From positions 496,001 through 560,000 of the forward strand of contig SMSO01000032.1 of the NCBI GenBank assembly GCA_004764695.1: DNA of 64,000 nucleotides, given 5' to 3'. The first letter of the stretch is position 1. Each line of letters opens with the position of its first letter. Origin of the DNA: Schizochytrium sp. TIO01. Lineage: Eukaryota > Protista > Bigyra: Labyrinthulomycetes. The notes under the pieces were generated by a model, which was given only the letters and a program-made list of their open reading frames with translations, was not told the origin of the DNA and did no database searches. The translations under genes and the position numbers were made by a program. Shown here in pieces: positions 1 through 11,428 of this stretch.

Positions 1-642
1 GACCACCCTTGAGAGATGGAAATCCACAGGAAATGAGACAAATTTGAGAATTTCCGTGGCGACTTGTTGAAAGGAAACTAAGAAAGTTAGGAACGATGTG
101 AACCGAGCACGCCCCGCCTAGTGCGATGGAGAAGAATGATGTCTGGATGAGTCGTGGCGAACTGTTCAGTAAAGATAAAAATCAGTGTGGTACGGAACCT
201 AATGCTTCATCGTGCAACGTTTTGAAGAGACAAAGGTCAATCAGGGTTAGATATTTGTAAGGTTATTGCAGATGCAACTGACACTGCTCGCAGGGAGAGC
301 TATGGCACTGTACCATGATTCTAAAGTTTAATGTGCAAATTAGCAGCTTCCAACACCACAATAGCAAATAATATTCACATACAATGATTCTGCCTCAGTG
401 CTCAGCATGTCCAGTTGAAAACACCCATAAAGGTTATTTCGTTATTTGAGCTGACATCTTGTCCTTGTCCATAATGTATATAGCGTCTTGAATTTACCTT
501 GAGATGACGATCTCTGCACCGTCTCGTTTGACTCCATTCAAGCCGAAGCCTACTGATTACCCTTAAGTAGTACTAGCAATGACACACGTATCAAAATAAC
601 AAGCGACCAGAATGGGCCTTGTAATAGAGCTCGATTGCCCCC

Positions 643-1635
643 ATGGATGAGACGGGCCTTGCTGCGTGGTCTCTGACACAGCTGTTGGCAGCCCTTGCAG
701 CACGGCTTCCAGCTTCACTGGCCTCCCAGCTCGCTGTTTGTGAGTTGGGATGCGGCGTGGCACCGGCGGCGCTACCTCTAGTGCTCCTCGAAAGCCCCGT
801 TTCCACCCATCTCCAGAGCAGCAGCAGCGGAAGTCAACTCAGCGATGTCGGTCATGTGCGCAATAGCAAAGAGGATGGCACCAGCAATGACCAAGCCAAT
901 GAATATGTTGCTGATGATCAGGATGCTGACAAAATAAGGATCGATTTGGACAAAATTGCAGATGAAAGCCCCAATGTTGCTGTCGATTCCCTCAGTAAAG
1001 CAGCTTTGGAAGGCTCTGGACCACGTCGCGTTGTATTGACAGACGTAAATGAAGAGGCCCTGGCACGTCTCAGCTCTTCACTAGAGGCCTCGGGTCGTCT
1101 TGGTGCAGGTGTAGAGGTGCAAGCCTTGGATTGGGCTGATTTGCAGGCTCTTGAGAAGTTAGAGGCTGCCTTTGATCTAGTCCTAGCGAGTGAGGTTCTA
1201 TATTACAATGTGGATGTTGCGTGCCTCATGAATGCAGGTGCAAAGCTTCTGAAGAAATCACACGGCGTCTGGATACTCTGCTCCTTTCTGCGGGGTACAA
1301 GCCTGCGTGAGTTGCGTCAGAAAGCAGCTGAGAGTGGCCTCCACATGCGTTTGCTGGACATTTTCCGCGTGAATGAAGAAATGCTTCAGGGACCAGCACA
1401 GGTTGAGGGATATGCAGTACTCTGCGCCATGCACGCAGTCCCGGAAACAAAGCTAGGGTCATATTCTGCTGGAGACGAATTGGATTTTGATCGCCCTTGG
1501 CTCTGGGAAACGCTTGGTCTTGCGCCATATGAGATTTCACTTGAGGAGGCAATAACCGGTGAGGATGAAGAGGATGCCGAGGCCAGTGGTGCTGTATGGA
1601 ATGTGCCCTTTGCTGGGGACAGTGATAGTGAGTAA
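643..1635 (+). CDS. Seven-beta-strand protein methyltransferase, METTL21/family-16 type; 5' end uncertain
   Basis: 330-aa ORF with DETGLAAW (DxTGxxxW), motif I VCELGCG, post-I VVLTD, LDW and motif II FDLVLASEVLY. An acidic insertion of about 70 aa separates motif I from post-I. Confidence 0.85.
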   Translation: MDETGLAAWSLTQLLAALAARLPASLASQLAVCELGCGVAPAALPLVLLESPVSTHLQSSSSGSQLSDVGHVRNSKEDGTSNDQANEYVADDQDADKIRIDLDKIADESPNVAVDSLSKAALEGSGPRRVVLTDVNEEALARLSSSLEASGRLGAGVEVQALDWADLQALEKLEAAFDLVLASEVLYYNVDVACLMNAGAKLLKKSHGVWILCSFLRGTSLRELRQKAAESGLHMRLLDIFRVNEEMLQGPAQVEGYAVLCAMHAVPETKLGSYSAGDELDFDRPWLWETLGLAPYEISLEEAITGEDEEDAEASGAVWNVPFAGDSDSE

Positions 1636-2058
1636 TTTCGTGAACCATAGCGAATTGACGTGTATGCTTTAAAATAGCAAAGCTCATGTTTTTTTGTTTT
1701 TGTTTTTTTTTAAATAAATAATTTGATGAATTAGTACCTATGGGTCTATGTCAGTACAAGAGTCCCAGCGCGCCAATCTTTTATGTCTGTATTCGTGCTC
1801 GTTTTAGTTGATGGAGATTTTCTAAGGATCGGAAAAATGAGAAAATGAGGAAGATAAACTTAAGATGTGATAAATTAAATGTCAAACTGTGGCCAAGGAT
1901 GTTTCGGCCGAAGAAATTATGAAGCGATTCTCATTAGTTGATAAGTGCTGCTCCATAGCAAGATGCTAGCTAGTTAGCTATCTGGTGAGCAAACGAGAGG
2001 ACGATCCACCTGCAGGTTTTCATACTACTAAAGAAAAATGAGTCTAGCAAACGCATGT

Positions 2059-3111
2059 TTACAAAGAGCGCATAAGCACGAAATCGTGTATAGCACCTCC
2101 AATAGGAGCTCCAATGAGAGGACCGACGATATAGGTCCAGAAGCCATGCTTTACACCTGGGAGCGCAATTTCTTTCCAGCCAAAGCCATAGGAAACAAGG
2201 CGCGGGCCAAAATCACGAGCAGGATTGAAACCAGTCTGGTTCAAGGGGGCATACACGGTAATTAGAATTGCAATAACCATCCCGACACCAAACGCTGCAG
2301 CTGAAGGTGGAATGTACATGCCATTACGAGGATCATTAAGCGAGAGCACAGTAAACATTAAAATTGCCGTGCCAAAAGCTTCCACGCCAAGCGATCCACC
2401 GTAAGTCACTGTCATAGGGTTCCAGTCAAAAGCATTGTTCTGACGAATATCAGGGTTCGGAAAGTACTCGCCGAAAACCATAGCTGACCATTCACTTCCC
2501 GGCTCGCCACGTGTGATATTATTTGATACTTCAAAAGCTTCAATGGCACTTGAAAAGGCAATATAGTTGATACAGCCAGCGAAAATGCCACCTGCAAGCT
2601 GCGCGCACCAATACGGCACGAGCTTCCACAAGGGAAAGTCCCTGGGACGTAAGATTGCAAAAGCAAACGATATGGCAGGGTTCAAATGGGCACCAGAGAT
2701 ACTACCAGTCATACAAATAGCAAGAAAAGCCGCAATACCCCAAGTCATACCGATCTGAAAGAGACCTGACTGGGCACCACAAATGACCGCAGAAGCATTG
2801 ACACCGATGCCCAAAGTGACCAAAAATGTGGTGCCGATAAACTCGGCGACGACCTGGCGCAAAAAGCTAGGTGGTCGCATCTCTTCGTTAGATTTTGTCG
2901 GATACCCCCGCATGACCTCCTCCATAAAGGCAGCGTACTTTTCGTGAACATTACGAATCATGATGCCCTTTTCAAGATCATTATGATAGTCAGAGCTGTT
3001 GACCATGGTAATGTCATTCATGTCTTTGGAGTCCGAGCTGTTGCCCATGCTCATAGAGGGCGCAAGGCTCTCAGTATTATTGCTGAGGTTTAAATTTCTA
3101 GATCTCGGCAT
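2059..3111 (-). CDS. Aquaglyceroporin (MIP family, GlpF/GIP-like), copy A
   Basis: 350 aa with AEFIGT, SGAHLNPA and second motif NPARDFGPR (Asp after Arg is the glyceroporin signature). Six hydrophobic segments; caaagATG start context. Confidence 0.96.
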   Translation of the reverse strand: MPRSRNLNLSNNTESLAPSMSMGNSSDSKDMNDITMVNSSDYHNDLEKGIMIRNVHEKYAAFMEEVMRGYPTKSNEEMRPPSFLRQVVAEFIGTTFLVTLGIGVNASAVICGAQSGLFQIGMTWGIAAFLAICMTGSISGAHLNPAISFAFAILRPRDFPLWKLVPYWCAQLAGGIFAGCINYIAFSSAIEAFEVSNNITRGEPGSEWSAMVFGEYFPNPDIRQNNAFDWNPMTVTYGGSLGVEAFGTAILMFTVLSLNDPRNGMYIPPSAAAFGVGMVIAILITVYAPLNQTGFNPARDFGPRLVSYGFGWKEIALPGVKHGFWTYIVGPLIGAPIGGAIHDFVLMRSL

Positions 3112-6100
3112 CTTTGCTTGCTCAATTCGAGTTTGGTTTTTGCTGGAGTGCGCTTTTTTGCTCGCTATTTCTGTTCAGCTGATTCCCTTTTGAGGAGTCC
3201 GTTCTCAATATATTCATCCTCCCACCCCTATGTTTTCCTCTAATAACATCATCCTTAGCAGTGCCTATTCCTCCTCTAAGACCCTTCTACTTTTCTCTTT
3301 TTAGAAAGAAAAGAAAGGAAGTTCATTCTAGATACCTGTTTTAATTAAAAAGACTAAATATCAATCCAGCCCAATCGGTTGGTGCTGCAGGTCCAAGGAG
3401 TCTCAAATCAAGGTATCCTTTTCCAAAATAAGGCAAGACAAAACAACAACCTACTCCTAATGAGATCCCACTTCGCTCGCCCTCACAAGCAGTCACCGCA
3501 GCCTTGAAATTTTATTTACATAACAATTAATAAATAATAATAATAATAATTCGAGGTGAAAAAAAAAGCGTAGTGTGCCTCCTACCTAGAAACAAAAATA
3601 GAAACCAAAGACATCAAACTTGAACCCCAAATACTATAATCCAAGCTGCCAAAACCCTTCCGCCGAAGAATTCCAGAGGCTCCTCCGAAGGAACCCGCGT
3701 CTTTCGGCCCTTTCAGTGACAGCTACTTCTAGTTAGGTACTAGATGACAGCCAGCCAGCCAGCCAGATACTAGCTAGCTAGACAGATGAAAGCTACCGAC
3801 AGTGGAATTAATGTAGCACTCCCTACGAGCTCCTATCGCATAGAAACCATTCTAGTTCTCTTCAGGGCCACCTTTGTGGTGGCGGTGACCACGGTGGATG
3901 CAGTCTTGTCTTGTCTTGCTTGCTTGTACACTCACTTGTGGTCTCTCGCTTTCCACCCGTCAGGAATCAGGAACCGGGTACAGGAAACACGGCAGCAACC
4001 AACAAGTTCTTCACTTCTCTTCTTCCCTCTGGCTGCTTCACGCAGACTCCACGAACGCTTTCCCTCGCAGCGCTTGCCTGTGGCCAGCAAGGCAGAGCAC
4101 CTGACTGCCTGACTGCCTGGCTGCCTGACTGTCTTGCCAGCAAGCGAGCGAGCTGTAGCAGCTAGCCCAACCAGCGCAGTTTTGGGAGACCTCGTGAGCT
4201 TGCTGAGATGGATCGGGGTTTTCTGTCTCGATCGCGCCACACTGAGGCGGGCCTGGCGGCCTGAAGGTTTAGTTGATCCCGTGCTCGCGAACAGCGAGCC
4301 TGGCACATCTCGAGCAGCCACCCACCGAGCCCAGCAACGGCAACGATCGCCCCGGAGCAGCAGCTGTGCGAGAAGATCTGCGTCTTTGGCAGAAACCTGA
4401 GCCCACTTCGAGCTCTGCTCCACCGACCCTGTAGCCGCACGAGGTGGGGCTTTCTATGCCAGCCGCTCCTCCTCCTCCTCGAGGGCGCCCGGCGGCAGCT
4501 TCTGCGAGCTGTTGCTGCCGCCGTCGAGCTGTCGAAGCTACGTCTACGAAGTAAGTCCCTTGCAGGTCATCTGAAGATACGCCTGCTCAGCTCCATGGCG
4601 CGAGCTGGAGAACGAAAGCTCGCCTGGTCACGAGGCTTGGTGGGTGCCACGGCGGAGAAGGGCAGCGAAGCCACAACGGTTGTCACAAGAACCTCTGCGA
4701 GCCGATCTCAGGAACTGGCGAAGAGATGATGTACGAGCGGGAGCAGCCTGCTGAGGCTGAGAGCTCAGCAATGGAGATCCTTAATATCGCTAACGCGGGA
4801 CAATCTAAGCTCTCTTGGGCATTCGGAATTCACTTGGGCAGGTATACATACTTCAAGCGATCTTGATTTTCGATGCACAAACGAGCTTGCAGCCTGCCTT
4901 CTAGCTGCTGAAGACCGTGGCAGCGACGCCCTCGGTCGCGCGTATCATGGATGATCAATCACATTGCAATTCGAAGAAAGAATCTTCATCCTAATTTACA
5001 TTTCCTGCATTTTTTAGATTGCTTGAAAAAAAAACAACAAAAAAAAGAGAGAGAAGAAAAACAATTTTATATCATATCATATCATAAACATATATATGAG
5101 GAAGTTAACTACCAGCAAGAAAGATGTTTCGATAGTTGTGACAATCAATGATCAATGCAGTTTCTTTCTTGCGGTTTTTCAGTGCTCACTCCATTCGTGA
5201 ACGCAATCGCGCCTCGATTTCTGCGTCAAGAGCAGGTACTCTCGAGAAGAACACCTCTCCAAGCGGCACCCGTTGCACATTGGATTGAAGTGAGAGCGGT
5301 GCGGTGCCTTCCTTCTACTGTTACTCTTACTATTTCCCCTTGTTGTTTGCAGAAGTTCGTGAGGAAGTTCGTCTTCGTTTCCAGGAAGGAATGTGCTGTG
5401 ATGGCGGTGAGGATTCAACCAATTCCATCGCTGCATTTGCGATCCTAGCTAGAGATCCCAACCAACCAACCAATAACCAATAACCAATAACCAACCCGCT
5501 GTCCAGGCAGGGTTGGGCTCGTCCTCGCCAGAAAGCAGCTCAAGCTGCATCATCAAATTCAAGAGGGTTATGATGCTTTGATCATGTGCGTGCAATGCTG
5601 AGTAAGCTGGAACAAAGCACTTCGTTGTAGAAGGAAGTAGTTCGACATTCCTTCACTTATGTATGCCACCAAAGCGAAGCTCCGTGCTGTCACCAAATAG
5701 AATTGTTGCTTCATACTCGCAAAAGATCTCTCTTGCAATCAGCTGGCCTTGGATCCGCCTCGGTTTGCGACAGCCTATGGTGCCTTTCCAATGTATTTAT
5801 ATGTCTTGCTGAGGCCTCAGGAAAAGATTGACTTTCAATTAAGTTTTGAGACAAGATCTGTGGAAGACGCGGGTTCTCTGCTGTTCTCTGCAGATGGCGA
5901 ATTGAATACAGTATGCCTTGAAATGGTTATTTCATGCTACCTACGATCTATCATCTGCACAAGTTTGGAAAGTGAACGTGTCAGGCTGTCGAGGTTGGTT
6001 TCACGTGTTGTTCGCAAACAAACCGTGGAAAGAAGCGGCAATCCTTTTGATTGTTTGTTTCGATACATAAGCGGGCCACACTCTTCTCTTCGTCTGCTTT

Positions 6101-9100
6101 CATCTTCATGCTTCAAGTTGGCTTTTTATTTGTTGATTTAAAAAAAATTAAAAATTAAAATAAACTGTTTTTATTTTTTATAAGTGGTTGATTTCTATGT
6201 TTTCCCTCTCTTTCAAACATGGTATAAGCAAGCATCAAGGTTGGTGTAGAAGCGCGACAAAAACTGGGAAACGAACTTTGCTGCGTCACCTCTGGGCCTC
6301 AACGAATGTAGAACTAAAGGTGACAGATGACATTTTCTGCCCTGCTGGCGCTCTTGAATACTCGCTCTAGCCCTCTCTCGGTTGACAAGTGCTGTCGTAG
6401 CACGAGCGTTTGCTAGATTGTTACACTTAAGTGACTCACCTGGAATGACGTTCGCTGAACTTAGCACATATCAATGATAGACGTGTATTTCTCCACTTTG
6501 AAGTTCTCGCTGCTGTCTAACCCAGCTGAGCCAGAAACGACACATAATAAGTTTGGTCCGCCCGGCCACAAGGTAATCTGTACCTCACAGCACCAGTGGG
6601 TTCACTTACATGTGAAATGTTATTCAACTCGACTAAGTCTGCCAGGGTAATGAAAAAATAGATATGCCTGGCCTCGCCGAGTGGTTTCGAGCTCTCTTGT
6701 CTGCCGCAAAATCAGGTGACGTCGAATGGAAGATCCAACAAACAGACATTATTGATATACCAAACAACATCAAATCTAGAGGTAGAACCGACCAAAGATT
6801 CCTGTGAAAAAGGTCAGCTGAGGTTGAGGCTAAGAGGGTGGACGACCAACATTTGAGCAGATACTAATAGCCAACCCTTAAGAACATGTCATGGTGCAAA
6901 TTTGACATTCCTTGCGATCCTTCCTTTCCTTGAGGGCACCTGAGCTCAGTTACTAGCTGCTGAACAAGAATATGCAAGCGACAGCGAACAGACCTTTATA
7001 GCATAATGACCATGCTATTAGTTAGCTTTATACCGGCTAGATTGTCACATACATCATTGGTAGACGCAAATTTCCTACTGAACCCTGCAGTCATTGAATC
7101 GCAAAGTTCAAGCTGTTGTCAAGTTGTGAGGGACAGTATGCTATAGTCAAGGAACCGGCACGAGCTGGTTCGACTCTTCTTCAGAATAAATGAACTTCTT
7201 ATCAGACTTTGACGGACACAGTGGTTCGAAAGTCTGCTCTTTGATTGCGACTTAAGTCGTCAGAGCGTCACAACATCTTCGTGATGTTATTTTAATTCTC
7301 CTCGTTTTTCTGTTCCTTGCAAGAACTTTGGTTTCTGGAAGCATATTGTCATCAGCGAGCCTCCAACAGAATAACCTTGCTGTATTTGAAAGATATTGAA
7401 ACGCCCCACGTTCGGCCAAGAAGGACAGTCTTACTATTCTACTTGGTAGGAGGTATGTAGTGTTAGTGGCTTTAAGGCCATATCATGCGTTTCAGGCCAT
7501 GTCGGGAATAGCCCAGTTTCTTGGTCTCAGGCTTTTAGGTGTTCCATCTTCACTAGGTAGATATTACTCCTGCCAATCTTTTTAGTCATATCATTCATAA
7601 TAGTGAGGTGTGATGTAAGCGTGCAGAACCATCCCTTAAGGCGCGCTTTCCATTTGGACGGGAATCTTCTTCACCATTAGAAGAAACTGTTCAGTAGGGA
7701 GATAAAGCTCTACGAAATGGAATGAAATTATCTGATTGTTTTCTTTGACAAACTGTTTGTAAACGATCCAAAGAAGATCTATACATTTTGTCCGGAGTAA
7801 TATTGAGTACGAATGAAACTCATTCATTGACCCTATGTAGACCAACGATTAAAACCCCATCATCAGCAAGTGCTGAGATAAATATTGCTGGGTCGTTAGC
7901 ACAACACGTTGTTACCTGTAGAACGAAAGTATTTTTATGAGGAAGCCTAAAACTAGAAGTATCAGATGAGTGACCAGGAGACTGAATTTACAAATCTACA
8001 TACCGCTTCAAAAGAATGCGTAGCGAGGAAATCTGACCTCCTATCCAAAATTGATATCATCTACTTTTCGCGTTTCTGTGGAAGATGTCGTTGTTTACGA
8101 AATCTATTACGGGGACCTCTTTGTATGTCCGCTAGGCCAGTAGAATGCTAGCTCTCAATAGCTGGAAGGGCTTTTCTAAGCATTTTAACCCCATTTGCTA
8201 GTCGTGCTTTTTGCATTGATGCGACTTGCTCGAACCTGCGTAACTGTGAGATTCTTGAGCAGAATTTAAATATTGGCACAGAGATTTTGACCGCCGTGCG
8301 CGTACATCGAACGAACTTGAATGTGCACGAAAATTCATATTTTGCATTGTCCGTTCGGACTCTAGCTAGTCTGACCACTTCAATAGAAAGCTATATTTAT
8401 GAGATAATGTATAGAGCAGAACTCAGATGACAATAATAATTTCCTTACTGATTGCTGAGATCTCCGATCGAAAGAACCTCGATATCCGAGAGCCGTTAGC
8501 GACTCATGATACTGATTGGTTGAAAACACTCATAATTTTCACTGCGTGAGGGTAACTTGCTTGCTCAAAAGGACCAGTGTACATGCTGAAAGACGAATCT
8601 GGTAAGCTAGAGGTTGACTATGAGGATAAAGGCAAGAGGCTGATTAAGTTTTAGGAAGGCTTGACAAACTTTGGATTTTAGAGTTAGAGATCTGCTATCC
8701 ATGGAATTGGATTCAAGGGCTGGTTGACTCAAGAAAGAGCAGGAGGCCAAGATATACTTGATTTCTGTATAGCATACTTGACGGGGTTGGGTGAACCCGT
8801 CTCCTCAGCCACCGATTCAAAGTTTGCCATACGTGATAACGAATGAGCCTGTTCACTATTTTGATTTGCGTTTTCATGACCAGCTAAGTCTGGTTGTCCA
8901 GAGATCGTTGCCGTGTAAGCCTTCAATCCTCAAGGTCTGACAATTGAACGTCTAGAACTTTGGCAATGCGGTGCTCAAGGGTTCTTTCGATAGAAGATAT
9001 CGGCAGTAACATTAAAACGTATGTCAACTAATCTTTAGTGTCTTCACCATGCTAGGTTTTGCAACAGATCTATGTTTTGTTTCTTTTTGCGACTCATGAT

Positions 9101-10459
9101 TAACGTGTTGGTATGAGTTTAGAGAAGTTTTATGGTACTGTGGAAAAGGCTATCTTAAGAGTTTGAATTTTTATCACTTTGGTATAGGATAGCACCGATG
9201 AGGTAGAGCGGTCCATAGTTTTATGTCATGTGTTGTTTGTCATTAGAAACTCGAGGACAGCTAGCTTGGATAGTTGTTTTTTAAAGTAGCTGTCATTTTC
9301 CTGCAACAAGAAATTCATAATGTTTTAGGTTTCAAAAAATCGTAAGATTCTCATCTCTGATGGTGAGAGTTTCAGAGAATTCTAAAGTTCTTGAATAAAA
9401 TAGATGATGGATGCAGGGATTTTCGCGTTTCATAGAACACATCGGATAGTGATTTTTTAATTTTTATTTAAATTAAATAATGTAGCTGCCCAATACAAAC
9501 TTGATCAGTCAACTACAGCTGGCTATGGTGGCAACAGTTTATGCACTATTTTGATTATGATGATTGACTTGTTGTTATTGAGAGTAGTAAGAACAACCTG
9601 TTGGCAACTCTTGACCTGCACAGAACAGAAAATTGAAACTTTTCAAAGCAAGCATCAAGCATGAAAAACTTAAAGAGTTAAGATAAAAATATTGAGAAAT
9701 TGAAAATGTTAACTTAAGGCAAATAGATAAGGATCGGTACTTATGAACTGATTGAAGAGATAGGGTGCGAATTGTCGTTCTCGCGGGCAGCAATAGATAA
9801 TATGTATAGACGCGAGTGTTACCCGGTGCAGGAACAAGGCATCGCAGTTTCCGTATTCGATCAGTTTAATCACAGTGCCGTGAATTTAAAAAAAAAGGCT
9901 TGACATTGCTACAGACAGATGAAGGACGAGAATTTAATTTGACTTTTGACAGACAGACAAGCAAGGTAGTAGCGCGAGTACGCGGCGGGGTCTTGAGGTT
10001 ACTTTAAAGAGAAAAAGCAAGCACAGGTCAGGCTGATGTACATCAAGCTATAGAATGAGCGCACCCTGTCAAATTCTGACAAGTTGCCAAGTTCCTTGAT
10101 GCACTCTCTTTGAACACAATACCCACCCCGTCTCAATCTTGCTCGTGTGCAAGCTTGAGGTCCAGATGTCTTGCAAATTGATTTTTCTCTAGTCTTTGAA
10201 ATGCTGCTTTTGCGCAGTCAGGTATGGGCGCAGATGTAAAGGATGAAATTTGCAAGTATAAAGATCAGAAGGTGTCACCACCGACCATCTGGAGGGACCA
10301 GAATGCTGAGCTGGTCCCCCAGATGTCACGAGAGCATGAACCGAATTACATATATAGTATTTCATGCAGTTCAGCGTGTGTATGCAAAGAAAGAAGAAGC
10401 TATTGAGATGACAATCAGAGTTTAGATTGTGATCTGTTGATCAGAGCTTCATTTCAGAT

Positions 10460-11428
10460 TTAGAGACCGCGCATGAGGAGGAAGTCATAGAGGGCACCAC
10501 CAATGGGGGCACCGACCATGGGTCCGAAGATGTAAGAGAGAGCCTGTGTGGAGAGAGCGATGTCGCCCCAACCGAGGGCAGCAGCCACAAGACGAGGGCC
10601 AAAGTCACGAGCAGGGTTGATAGAGGTTCCGTCGAAGGCACCGTAAAGAGCGACCACAACAGTGACGGAGAGTCCGAGGCCAAAGGGGATAACAGGTCCC
10701 TCAATCTTAAGGTGGTTGCGGCCGTCGAGGAGTACCATGGCGCAAAACATGAGGAAGCCTGTGCCGAGAGCCTCGATCGCGAAGGAGCCGCCGGTGGAGA
10801 TCTGGTCCTCAGCCCAGTTGTATCCGTGGGACTCTCCGACGAAGGCAGGGTTAGGGTGAAAGCCGCAGAAGACAGATGCGGTGATTTCAGAGCCATGTTC
10901 GCCGCGAGTGATGTTGTTGGTGCGCTCATAAAGGTTGATAAGAGTGCCAAAGATGCCGTAGTTGATGAGACCTCCAATAATGGAGCCAACAAGCTGCGCG
11001 ATGATGTACGGGATGAGTTTCCACCACGGGAACATCTCAGGGCGCAAGATGGCAAAGGCAAAGGATACAGCAGGGTTAAGGTGGCCGCCAGAGATGGAGA
11101 CGGTGGCGGTGATGGCAAAGAAGACGGCAAGACCCCATACGATGGCTACCGCGTAAAGCCCAGTGCCCTGGGCACCGCAGATGATGGTGGCAGTGTTGAT
11201 GCCAAGGCCGATGGTCACAAGGATGACCATGCCGAAAGCCTCAGCGACGAGCTGCTGCATGAAACTCGGCTCACGCATGTCCTCGACACACTCGGTAGGG
11301 TCGCCGCGGAGTTTCTGGATGAAGGCGATGTAACCCTTGGTCGGGCTCACGACTTCCTTGGACTCTTCCTTGTTGATGGTGGCCATCGAGGTGCCCTGGG
11401 CGCCTTCTTCAGCATCGTAGACGAGCAT
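10460..11428 (-). CDS. Aquaglyceroporin (MIP family, GlpF/GIP-like), copy B
   Basis: 322 aa with SGGHLNPA and NPARDFGPR. Clear paralog of copy A (shared FAFAILRP, WKLxPY, NNITRGE). Strongly C-ending codons; caagATG context. Confidence 0.96.
   Translation of the reverse strand: MLVYDAEEGAQGTSMATINKEESKEVVSPTKGYIAFIQKLRGDPTECVEDMREPSFMQQLVAEAFGMVILVTIGLGINTATIICGAQGTGLYAVAIVWGLAVFFAITATVSISGGHLNPAVSFAFAILRPEMFPWWKLIPYIIAQLVGSIIGGLINYGIFGTLINLYERTNNITRGEHGSEITASVFCGFHPNPAFVGESHGYNWAEDQISTGGSFAIEALGTGFLMFCAMVLLDGRNHLKIEGPVIPFGLGLSVTVVVALYGAFDGTSINPARDFGPRLVAAALGWGDIALSTQALSYIFGPMVGAPIGGALYDFLLMRGL

Noticed and set aside
3786-4950. GC-rich region with overlapping ORFs and a stop-free frame of about 130 codons
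   Set aside because: No recognisable domain or good start, and it is bounded by SSRs. It cannot be called a gene.
8575-8900. Peptides resembling LINE ORF2 (LKDESGKLEVDYEDK; HYFDLRFHDQLS)
   Set aside because: Too close together to bracket an RT domain, and no YADD-type core. Probably chance.
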